Positions 57,183-64,000 of a stretch of DNA of 64,000 nucleotides are shown in pieces; within the stretch, counting starts at the first letter, position 1, and each line of letters opens with the position of its first letter. Under the pieces are notes generated by a model. It did no database searches. It had not been told where the DNA came from and was given only the letters and a program-made list of their open reading frames with translations. This DNA comes from Chloroflexota bacterium (lineage in GTDB: Bacteria > Chloroflexota > Anaerolineae > Anaerolineales > UBA11579). The stretch lies in NCBI GenBank assembly GCA_013112575.1, contig JABFGG010000003.1, positions 152,898-216,897 of the forward strand, written 5' to 3'. The translations under genes and the position numbers were made by a program.

Positions 57183-58091
57183 ATGGTGAGGCAAATATAT
57201 CTTCTAATACTAGTTTCGTTGATGATGATTGGATGCAGTCGAATTGAAGAGCAGCAAATTGCTTTTCATACGGGTACGGTAATGATCGACGCGCAAATCT
57301 ACGTAGTGGATCTGAATGGACAAAACCTAACACAGCTAACTGACAGCCGCGGCTCCAATTCGGCTCCGACCTGGTCGCCTGATGGCAGCCAGATTGCTTT
57401 TGTGTCCACACGGGACACGAATTTTGAAATCTATATCATGAACGCAGATGGGAGTGGACAATACAATTTCACAGAGAGCCGGGCCCACGATAGGAACCCA
57501 ACGTGGTCTCCTGATGGGAAATGGATCCTCTTTGAATCACGAGTCAATGACACAGAATATCGCGATCTCTATCGTAAGAATGTGGAGACTGGTGAATTAG
57601 TCCAACTGACGGACACTCCAGAACTGGCTGAGTTCCACCCAGCATGGTCAACAGATGGAAGTCAAATCGCATTCTCAGTCCTTAATAAGGACGCTGCTTT
57701 GGATATCTACATCATGGACAAAGATGGAGGTAACGTAGAGCGAATCACTGGGGAGATAAGAAACGTTGACTATCCGATATGGGGAAGATCTGGAGATAAA
57801 ATCTATTTTGTCACATTTGGGTGGTTTGAAGTAGGCAAGCGTGAGATTGTTGCATATGATCTGGAAACAGGTGAATTGAGCCAAATAAGTTTTGATGGTC
57901 AGCCCAAGGGGGAATTTGTGATTACGCCGGATGGTTCAAATATCCTGTTTGAATCCTCCGTGGAGATAGGTCAAAATGAGGATGGGATCAGATTAACGCG
58001 TGGAGCAATCTTTGTCATGAATATTGACGGGACAGGATTGGAATTGCTGCCTATTTATATCAGTGCCAGTGGTGTTGCGTGGAGGCCGTGA
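57183..58091 (+). CDS. TolB-like PD40 beta-propeller lipoprotein 5
   Basis: Lipobox MMIGC. WSPDG/WSTDG blades. The ATG at 57183 is preferred over the TTG at 57153. Confidence 0.75.
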   Translation: MVRQIYLLILVSLMMIGCSRIEEQQIAFHTGTVMIDAQIYVVDLNGQNLTQLTDSRGSNSAPTWSPDGSQIAFVSTRDTNFEIYIMNADGSGQYNFTESRAHDRNPTWSPDGKWILFESRVNDTEYRDLYRKNVETGELVQLTDTPELAEFHPAWSTDGSQIAFSVLNKDAALDIYIMDKDGGNVERITGEIRNVDYPIWGRSGDKIYFVTFGWFEVGKREIVAYDLETGELSQISFDGQPKGEFVITPDGSNILFESSVEIGQNEDGIRLTRGAIFVMNIDGTGLELLPIYISASGVAWRP

Positions 58092-58140
58092 ATAATCTCT
58101 CTGGTTTTTGAAAAACTCGTTAAATTGGTTTAGCTATGAT

Positions 58141-58176
58141 AATTGAGCCTGCATTTACTGATGTAGGCTCAATTTT
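58141..58176 (+). terminator. terminator-like hairpin after PD40 gene 5
   Basis: 10-bp stem AATTGAGCCT/AGGCTCAATT, 14-nt loop, followed by TTAT. A TGgTAAAAT extended -10 follows at 58185-58193. Confidence 0.45.
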
Positions 58177-58244
58177 ATGCCAAATGGTAAAATCTGCCGC
58201 CAAGGTTTGAGAAGAAGAGGGATGGATATTTGTAGGAGCCCTTG

Positions 58245-58952
58245 ATGCTGACTAATTGTTTAAGCGTATTTCGTTCGTATTGCTTCCTTTTTAGCTGCTT
58301 GATATTTGTTGGTGCCTGTAGTTCTGTAGGGAATAGCGGAGAAGAGGGATTAGTTCCTGCTGCTATTCAAACTGAGGAAGCGAAGACAGTATTCGTCCCT
58401 GAGCCAACTCTTGAAGGCTCGTGGGCAGGTTTGCCATACGGTGAAAACTGGGAGCTCAGGGTTGTTGAAGAGGATGAGGAGCGGGTAGACCACGAGTTGT
58501 ATACTTACTTTGGGGAGCGGGCAGACCGCTGGTTGTATGCTTACTTTGAAGGGCAAGAAGTCCTTGTGAATAGAAATCATGATGGCTGCGAGTTGACCTA
58601 TTGGTTTGGTTCGGGGGAAAGAGGAGAAGAGTTTGGGGAAGGCCCTGAATTTCTTTCTACTATCTCTTTTGAGCAAAATTTAGGAGGGAATGATTTTGAT
58701 GTTATTCTCAATCTTGTGGCCGGAAAACTCGATTACATTAAATATATCTTTGACTCAAAGATATACGGAGCATCCAACGTATATGAAAATGGGTATCTTG
58801 GTACTTTGCGACTTCGATTGATCGATACCGAGATCAATCCATGCATCCAAGAAACGAAGTGGCTATTAGCGGAGATAGATCCGAGTGGGATGTATGCGAT
58901 GCGAGATCCATTCATGGAATGGAATAATGTGAGGCGATTTGGGGTTCCATAG
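58245..58952 (+). CDS. lipoprotein of unknown function, paralog B
   Basis: ATG after AGGAG. Lipobox FVGAC. Carries a 15-codon internal duplication relative to paralog A. Confidence 0.6.
   Translation: MLTNCLSVFRSYCFLFSCLIFVGACSSVGNSGEEGLVPAAIQTEEAKTVFVPEPTLEGSWAGLPYGENWELRVVEEDEERVDHELYTYFGERADRWLYAYFEGQEVLVNRNHDGCELTYWFGSGERGEEFGEGPEFLSTISFEQNLGGNDFDVILNLVAGKLDYIKYIFDSKIYGASNVYENGYLGTLRLRLIDTEINPCIQETKWLLAEIDPSGMYAMRDPFMEWNNVRRFGVP
58398..58952 (+). repeat. direct repeat copy B (about 0.55 kb)
   Basis: See copy A. Confidence 0.8.
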
Positions 58953-58962
58953 ATGGGTACAG

Positions 58963-58989
58963 AAAAGGACACCCATGGGTGTCCTTTTT
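58963..58989. terminator. bidirectional terminator between lipoprotein B and rpsU
   Basis: AAAAGGACACCC/GGGTGTCCTTTT palindromic stem with A/T runs on both sides. Confidence 0.75.
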
Positions 58990-59009
58990 ATGTGTTGAAT
59001 TTGGGGTGA

Positions 59010-59213
59010 TCAGCGGCGGCGGTTACGTTGGGAAACACGACGGCGGGCGCGGCGGATGGCTTTCTTCTTTTGAATGCGGCGCTCTTCGGATTTGGAGACG
59101 AACCAGCGTTTGCGGCGGATGTCACCGAGGACCCCGCTGCGGGTAACGGTCTTGCGGAAGCGGCTATAAAGCTGCTGCTGCGACTCGTTGGAGCGTAATT
59201 CTACTTTTGGCAC
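59010..59213 (-). CDS. rpsU: 30S ribosomal protein bS21
   Basis: VPKVELRSNESQQQLYSRFRKTVTRSGVLGDIRRKRWFVSKSEERRIQKKKAIRRARRR fits the S21 pattern. GTG at 59211-59213 lies 7 nt after AAAGGAGGTGA. Confidence 0.85.
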   Translation of the reverse strand: MPKVELRSNESQQQLYSRFRKTVTRSGVLGDIRRKRWFVSKSEERRIQKKKAIRRARRRVSQRNRRR

Positions 59214-59399
59214 TGGAGGTTCACCTCCTTTCATATAAAGCGTAATCGCTTTGTTTTTGGCCTATGAACTGACCGAGCGGGATTATACCTTGGGGAGGGG
59301 AAGTGTACAAGGGCGCGACAATGTGGGGGGAAGATGAAGGTTCGGACACGGACGAGGCATGCCTCGCCCCTACAAAATCTCCAACAATTCCGCGTAGGC

Positions 59400-59452
59400 T
59401 TGTAAAGGTCTTGACAAAGGCTTGATTAAATAGAACATTTGTGCATAATTAA
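59400..59452 (+). promoter_or_regulatory. 53-bp promoter element, copy 2
   Basis: TTGACA at 59411-59416, TTGATT at 59422-59427, CATAAT at 59444-59449. 4 mismatches to copy 1. Confidence 0.55.
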
Positions 59453-59510
59453 GGGCACAAGCAAACCCGAGCTGGGGGCTAGAGAACGGATGACCTCAAA
59501 GGAGCAGGAA

Positions 59511-60116
59511 ATGACAGAAGCACTGGAGAGCGGCGCTAAACGCGAGGAAGCTGGTGAAAACAGCCAGGTTTCGACAGCACAGCGTGACGAGCAAACTTCA
59601 GGTGAAGTTGAACGGCCAAATTCCCCACTGGAAAAGCAGATCGAGGAGCACATTGCTTCGGAGGTGGAGCGACGGTTCCAGAGTGCAAAAGATAAACGGT
59701 GGGCGCAACTTGAGCGGCAGTATGGGGCTTTGAGTGAGTTACAAAAGGCAATGGACGGGCAGGATGAAATTCAAGCCACTGATGACAACTGGGTGATCGA
59801 TAAAGCCCAGGGGTTGTTAAAAATGGCGGGATTGGAAAACGATCCGGAAGTAAGCGCGTTGTTGAGAGAGAAGCCCTATGGTGCGGATAATGATGGCTAC
59901 GTGGCCCTATTGAGTGATCTGACCGAGGTGGTTTTGCGACGCAATAGTCGTGGGCCCACAAATGGGGCGGCGGTGGCCCAGCCAAGTGGTGGCCTGCCTG
60001 TGAATGACCTGAGAGAGGATTATGAGTTACGAAAACGCCAACTCGTTGCGGGGGATGTGAATGCGCTAATGGCTTTGAAACGAGAGTTCCGGGCGAAGGG
60101 TTTGGATATTTTTTAG
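59511..60116 (+). CDS. scaffolding-like protein (acidic, helical), immediately upstream of the capsid gene
   Basis: ATG at 59511 lies 6 nt after AAGGAG. The track start at 59439 lies inside the promoter. Charged helical composition and position support the call. Confidence 0.45.
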   Translation: MTEALESGAKREEAGENSQVSTAQRDEQTSGEVERPNSPLEKQIEEHIASEVERRFQSAKDKRWAQLERQYGALSELQKAMDGQDEIQATDDNWVIDKAQGLLKMAGLENDPEVSALLREKPYGADNDGYVALLSDLTEVVLRRNSRGPTNGAAVAQPSGGLPVNDLREDYELRKRQLVAGDVNALMALKREFRAKGLDIF

Positions 60117-60200
60117 CAGTGAGCCTTTAGCTGTGAGTAGATAATTATTAGAAATTTCCTCACGGTGAATGGGCATTAGTGGTTTATCAGGAGAAGGTAA

Positions 60201-61331
60201 ATGGCAGTTTTGGAGCAACCAAAGACAAGTTATAGCGACACGACCTCCCAGGCAAGGGTGATCAGTGACGTGATCCAGATGGTGGATCCGCGTGATACTC
60301 CCTTGATCGCAAAACTGGGATTGGACGGGGCGCGCGAGAAGTTCAAGATCCAGTTGAATGGTCATAAAGTGGAATTGCTGGAAGATGAATTGGACCCGCT
60401 GGAAGATGCGCTGGATGGGGCACTGGATAATTCGGCGACGAGCAGCATCGGTGTGGATGATGCTACCAAATTCCAGGACGGACATATCATCTTGATCGAT
60501 AATGAGAAGATGGTGGTGAAGTCCGCTGACTCGACGGGGAATACTGTGGACGTGTACGGACGTGGTTTTGGGAGCACGACGGCGGTATCCCATACGGACA
60601 ACAGCACAATCACGATCATCGGTATGGCGCGTTTGGAAGGCGATGACGCAGATTACGGGCCAATCGTAGATCTGTCAGCACCGTTTAACTACACAAGCAT
60701 TTTCCAGAAGGCGGTACAGGTATCTGGCACCCAACAGGTGATTTCCCAATATGGGATCGATGATGAATTCATGTACCAGGCCAATAAGGCCGTGCCTCAT
60801 CTGTTACGCCTGGTAGAGCGACAGGCATTCTATGGTGAACGTGAAGTAGGTTCCGGCTCGGCGCCCCGTTCCATGGGTGGGCTGAGTACGTTCATCACGG
60901 ATAACTCGGTGGATGCCGGTGGTGGGATTGCCAAGTCTGACGTGGACGCTTTGATGGAAGAGATCACGATGGATGGGGGGTATCCTGATTTGCTAGTGAT
61001 GAACCCTCGGATCGCGAACGACTTACGTGGTTTGTTGGATAGCTCGAGTTTTGTGCGTGTGTCCCAGGATGAGAACAAACTGGGTGTGGATGCTATTGAG
61101 CGTGTGATGACGCAATATGGTGAGTTGGAACTGGTGATGGATCGTTGGTGCCCGGAAGATACGGCCTACATTTTGCAATCCGACAAAGTGGGTTTCTACA
61201 CACTGCGTCCGTTTGCCAGCCACGAACTGGCCCGCTCTGGCGACAGTTTGAAGGGGGAAGTAATCGGCGAGGTGAGCGTGCTGGTGGCCAATGATAAGGC
61301 GCATGGAAAGATCACGGGAATCACAACCTAA
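60201..61331 (+). CDS. phage major capsid protein (HK97-fold, SU10/DUF5309-like by recollection)
   Basis: 376 aa. N-terminal ISDVIQMVDPRDTPLIAKLG...HKVELLEDELDP pattern. Strong RBS GGAGAAGG. Followed by a strong hairpin. Confidence 0.7.
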   Translation: MAVLEQPKTSYSDTTSQARVISDVIQMVDPRDTPLIAKLGLDGAREKFKIQLNGHKVELLEDELDPLEDALDGALDNSATSSIGVDDATKFQDGHIILIDNEKMVVKSADSTGNTVDVYGRGFGSTTAVSHTDNSTITIIGMARLEGDDADYGPIVDLSAPFNYTSIFQKAVQVSGTQQVISQYGIDDEFMYQANKAVPHLLRLVERQAFYGEREVGSGSAPRSMGGLSTFITDNSVDAGGGIAKSDVDALMEEITMDGGYPDLLVMNPRIANDLRGLLDSSSFVRVSQDENKLGVDAIERVMTQYGELELVMDRWCPEDTAYILQSDKVGFYTLRPFASHELARSGDSLKGEVIGEVSVLVANDKAHGKITGITT

Positions 61332-61383
61332 GCCTGAGTTATAGCCTGGGGGTGACTGTGCTAGTCACTCCTATATAACAAAA

Positions 61384-61448
61384 GGCGGAGCGGGCAGGCG
61401 GCGCAACAATTATTGGTGAATAAACGACTGGCCCGCTCCGCCAGCGGG
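61384..61448 (+). other. GC-rich stem structures downstream of the capsid gene
   Basis: GGCGGAGCGGGC (61384-61395) pairs with GCCCGCTCCGCC (61431-61442). An overlapping local hairpin CCCGC...GCGGG is followed by GATTTTA. Confidence 0.4.
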
Positions 61449-61508
61449 GATTTTAGAAAGAAAGTTTGATTTATTGGTACGCAGTGTGGCAGGTTTGAGA
61501 GGGTATTA

Positions 61509-62360
61509 ATGGCTTTTACTTTTAGCGATCTTTTACAAGCAGTGTATGCTGAATTGGGGCAATTGCAGACAGGAACAATAAGCAGTGGTTCAACAACAAC
61601 GGTGATAGATGGAGAGATAAGCGGCTGGCATAAAGATGGGGATTGGAAAAACGGGGCAATCTTTATCATTGATGTCGGTGGAGCAGCTCCTGAAGGTGAA
61701 TTTTCCCGAATTAGTGGATACGATGACAGTGCAGGTCAATTTGACTTAGCAACCGCATTAAGTGCGGCAGTGAGCGTGGGGGATAATTATGGATTTGTGT
61801 CGGCATATTATTCACTCGGAACTATGATCGAGTTGGTGAATGCCGGATTACGCACATTGGGTGACATTGCACTCGTAAATACGACAACTCTGGATAGTTC
61901 TGCTGGTCAAAGCGAATATACGGCAACGGTGAATTGGAAACGCCGACGGCCGATGGCGATAGATTATCAGGGTCAACCCGGAGTGAGTGGTAACAACCAA
62001 TGGGTGCGAGTGTACGATTGGGAATACGTGCCCAGCCTGCCGGGTGAAGACGGGCTGATCATATTCAATGAAGAATTACCGGCCGGCCGAGACGTGCGTA
62101 TCTGGTACGTTGACCGGCATCCACGGTTGAGCCAATTTGATGATGTTGTATCAGAGACAATAGCACTGGAGTTAGCTGTGGCGGCAGGGGTAGAGCGTGC
62201 GTTGCGATACCAGAACTCGAGATTGGCAGGGAGTGAACCCTTTCTGGTGCAGAGATGGAATGATGCCAAAGTTGAACTGGCACGGGCACAGGTCAGTTTT
62301 CCCGTGTGGACGCCGCGGCGTGTGGCTAATTTGATGCAAGTGCGGGCAGGGAGCGTATAA
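61509..62360 (+). CDS. phage structural protein of unknown role (head-completion/adaptor position)
   Basis: 283-aa ORF directly after the capsid gene. No recognisable motif. Confidence 0.4.
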   Translation: MAFTFSDLLQAVYAELGQLQTGTISSGSTTTVIDGEISGWHKDGDWKNGAIFIIDVGGAAPEGEFSRISGYDDSAGQFDLATALSAAVSVGDNYGFVSAYYSLGTMIELVNAGLRTLGDIALVNTTTLDSSAGQSEYTATVNWKRRRPMAIDYQGQPGVSGNNQWVRVYDWEYVPSLPGEDGLIIFNEELPAGRDVRIWYVDRHPRLSQFDDVVSETIALELAVAAGVERALRYQNSRLAGSEPFLVQRWNDAKVELARAQVSFPVWTPRRVANLMQVRAGSV

Positions 62361-62362
62361 AA

Positions 62363-64000
62363 ATGGCAATCATTGTTCATCCTGGCGCGCCAAACCCAAC
62401 CCATGAGATCAGTTTGAGCGATGGGGTGCAAACCTGGGGACTTAAATTGGATGGAGGTCCCGGCGCTTTGCAGGAAATCCCCATGACGCCATCTACGCTG
62501 CAATTCACTGGTGGTGGTAGCAAATTTGGAGACTGGGAACCGGGGATGTCCCACATTGAACAGCGTACGTGGGAAGGCGGGCGCGGCCTGGAAGATTTTG
62601 CGGAGGACAGTACGCGTTATTACGACAGCATGAATGCCTGGACGCTGACTCCTGGACGGGTGATGCCAGCGCCGCAATGGCGATTTGCGAAAGGCTTGAG
62701 AGAGAGTTATGAGGAGTTGCCTGGGAATGTGAGTTGGCGAGCTTTGCTAGGGAATGAAAAATATGTTTCAGCAGCTATCACAGTAGGGGAATCTGGTTTT
62801 GATGTACAAGCTGCTTATATCTGGCTAAGACGCAAGGGCTCCCCTGGGGTTTTGACCGCTGCAATATACAGCGATAGTGGCGGAGAACCTGACGAGGCTT
62901 TGCCTAATTCGAGCCAGAGTGTGTCAATTGCAGATGTGGAGGATGTTGTGAGTGTGTTCCAGGTCTTTGATGTTTCTCAAAGCGCTGACCTTGCAGCAGA
63001 TACTGTTTATCACTTAGTAGTCTACGCTAGCGCAAATGATAACGCGGCGAACCATTGGGAAGTAGGTGTTTACACATTTGGGGAAGGGGCGCGAATTTCT
63101 GTAGATGGCATAAGTTGGAGCCAGGCAACATATAGCCTGTATCACCGGATTGTGGATGCCGGTATTAAGCGGCGCATGCATATGTTCGAATTAGAGGGGG
63201 CCTTGTATGCTGTGGATGAGCGTGAGGATGGCTCAGCGGCAAAGCTTTACATGAATGGGGATCGCGGCGTTCAAAATGACTCTGTGAGCGGCAGCCAAAG
63301 TGTCAGCAACCTAGTAGATGAGGATAAAAGTTGGGTAGCAGATAGGTGGGCTGGGGCCTGGGTCAGGATCGTGTCCGGGTCGGGAGAAGGTCAGCAACGA
63401 CTGCTTGAAAGTAACACTGCTGATACGCTGGTGCTTGGCGCTGATTGGGACGTCACACCTGACAACACTACTAATTATGTAATCTATGCAACGGATGAGT
63501 GGGCGGATATCACGCCTGACAGTGGCGATCAATTTTCGGCTCCGGTAAGTTCTGTTGTGGTTTTCAATGATATTGTCGCATTTGCCCAAGGACAAGCTGC
63601 AAATGTTTTGAAAATGAGGTTCAACGCAGCGGCCTCCCCCCCGGCACATGATTTCGATGCAGACTCAAATAAGGCTGACTTACTCTATGTGTTTTATGAT
63701 CCGGATGATGGGGCGCAAGTGTGGCGGGCAAGCAATGATGTAAAAACTGTATCGAGATCCAATCCTACTCTTTGGGGAATAAACTTATCCTTTGCTACAG
63801 CCATTGAGATCGGTGAAGATAGTGCGCCAATTACGCGGCTGGTCGATTACAACTACCAGCTATGGATACTGAAAACTGATAGCGCCTGGGTTATCGATAA
63901 GGATGCGAACGATAATGACATTGCACGAAAGCTGAATCTGGGACTAAGCGCGCTGAGAGATGTGCGGAATGGGCTGGCGGCGACAGTGCAGAAAGGCTTT
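62363..64000 (+). CDS. large phage structural protein, N-terminal 546 codons (continues past window end)
   Basis: I translated the frame from the ATG at 62363 (MAIIVHPGAPNPTHEISLSDG...) to 64000 and found no stop. Not in the ORF track because it is open-ended. Start lies 2 nt after the upstream stop. Confidence 0.55.
   Translation, partial: MAIIVHPGAPNPTHEISLSDGVQTWGLKLDGGPGALQEIPMTPSTLQFTGGGSKFGDWEPGMSHIEQRTWEGGRGLEDFAEDSTRYYDSMNAWTLTPGRVMPAPQWRFAKGLRESYEELPGNVSWRALLGNEKYVSAAITVGESGFDVQAAYIWLRRKGSPGVLTAAIYSDSGGEPDEALPNSSQSVSIADVEDVVSVFQVFDVSQSADLAADTVYHLVVYASANDNAANHWEVGVYTFGEGARISVDGISWSQATYSLYHRIVDAGIKRRMHMFELEGALYAVDEREDGSAAKLYMNGDRGVQNDSVSGSQSVSNLVDEDKSWVADRWAGAWVRIVSGSGEGQQRLLESNTADTLVLGADWDVTPDNTTNYVIYATDEWADITPDSGDQFSAPVSSVVVFNDIVAFAQGQAANVLKMRFNAAASPPAHDFDADSNKADLLYVFYDPDDGAQVWRASNDVKTVSRSNPTLWGINLSFATAIEIGEDSAPITRLVDYNYQLWILKTDSAWVIDKDANDNDIARKLNLGLSALRDVRNGLAATVQKGF

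Larger units (their letters stand above)
44763..64000 (+). mobile_element. phage-derived head-morphogenesis region (prophage or domesticated remnant); right end beyond the window
   Basis: Terminase, portal, scaffold-like, major capsid and further structural ORFs all lie on the plus strand. No integrase, small terminase or att repeat is visible at the left edge. Confidence 0.65.

Noticed and set aside
59354-59365. GC-rich palindrome GAGGCATGCCTC within ...GACGAGGCATGCCTCGCCCCTAC...
   Set aside because: It is a single copy in this window and resembles short dispersed GC-rich palindromic elements seen in many genomes. Its role cannot be evaluated without genome-wide counts. A comparable fragment (CTCGCTACGCTCGGAATGAC, about 28126-28145) was likewise left uncalled.
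59439-59510. Track start (TTG 59439) of the scaffold-like ORF
   Set aside because: It starts within the duplicated promoter element. The ATG at 59511 has a canonical AAGGAG at 6 nt.
1-64000. Search for tRNA, rRNA, CRISPR arrays, integrase/transposase genes and known defence-system signatures
   Set aside because: None were recognised by eye in intergenic regions or in the ORF translations. A formal tRNAscan, Infernal or defence-HMM run is still advisable.

Overview
This 64-kb window is bacterial chromosome with dense coding on both strands. The gene content (MoxR/DUF58, PD40 lipoproteins, choice-of-anchor-type beta-helix proteins, many lipoboxes) suggests a Chloroflexota/Anaerolineae-like organism, but that is a low-confidence inference. 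No rRNA, tRNA or CRISPR array was found. Positions 1-20 kb hold housekeeping and accessory genes: a five-gene MoxR-DUF58 operon, cysK, a nitroreductase, an MFS exporter, a MerR-SRPBCC-SDR operon, a cold-shock protein, and four paralogous secreted jelly-roll-domain proteins. Positions 20-30 kb form the first unusual locus. It has two about 720-aa parallel beta-helix lipoproteins, a membrane-anchored SARP/BTAD regulator, and a single polypeptide that fuses an ECF sigma factor, a zinc anti-sigma domain and a transmembrane helix. The extracytoplasmic end of that fusion is homologous to the C-terminal module of the two beta-helix proteins. An ECF-type promoter motif (TGATAAC-N16/17-CGTT) precedes all three genes and a fourth secreted protein. 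Positions 30-44.7 kb carry two paralogous GGDEF cyclases flanking an alkaline phosphatase, peptidases, and a sugar ABC transporter with a GntR regulator. From 44.76 kb to the window end lies a phage-derived head module: large terminase, portal, scaffold-like protein, major capsid protein and further structural genes. This module is interrupted by two AT-rich cassettes. The cassettes encode five TolB-like PD40 lipoproteins, two duplicated lipoproteins and the catalytic halves of two LysM peptidases. The module also holds an antisense ribosomal protein bS21 gene and a duplicated 53-bp promoter. The phage mosaic and the sigma/beta-helix locus are the best candidates for undescribed biology.
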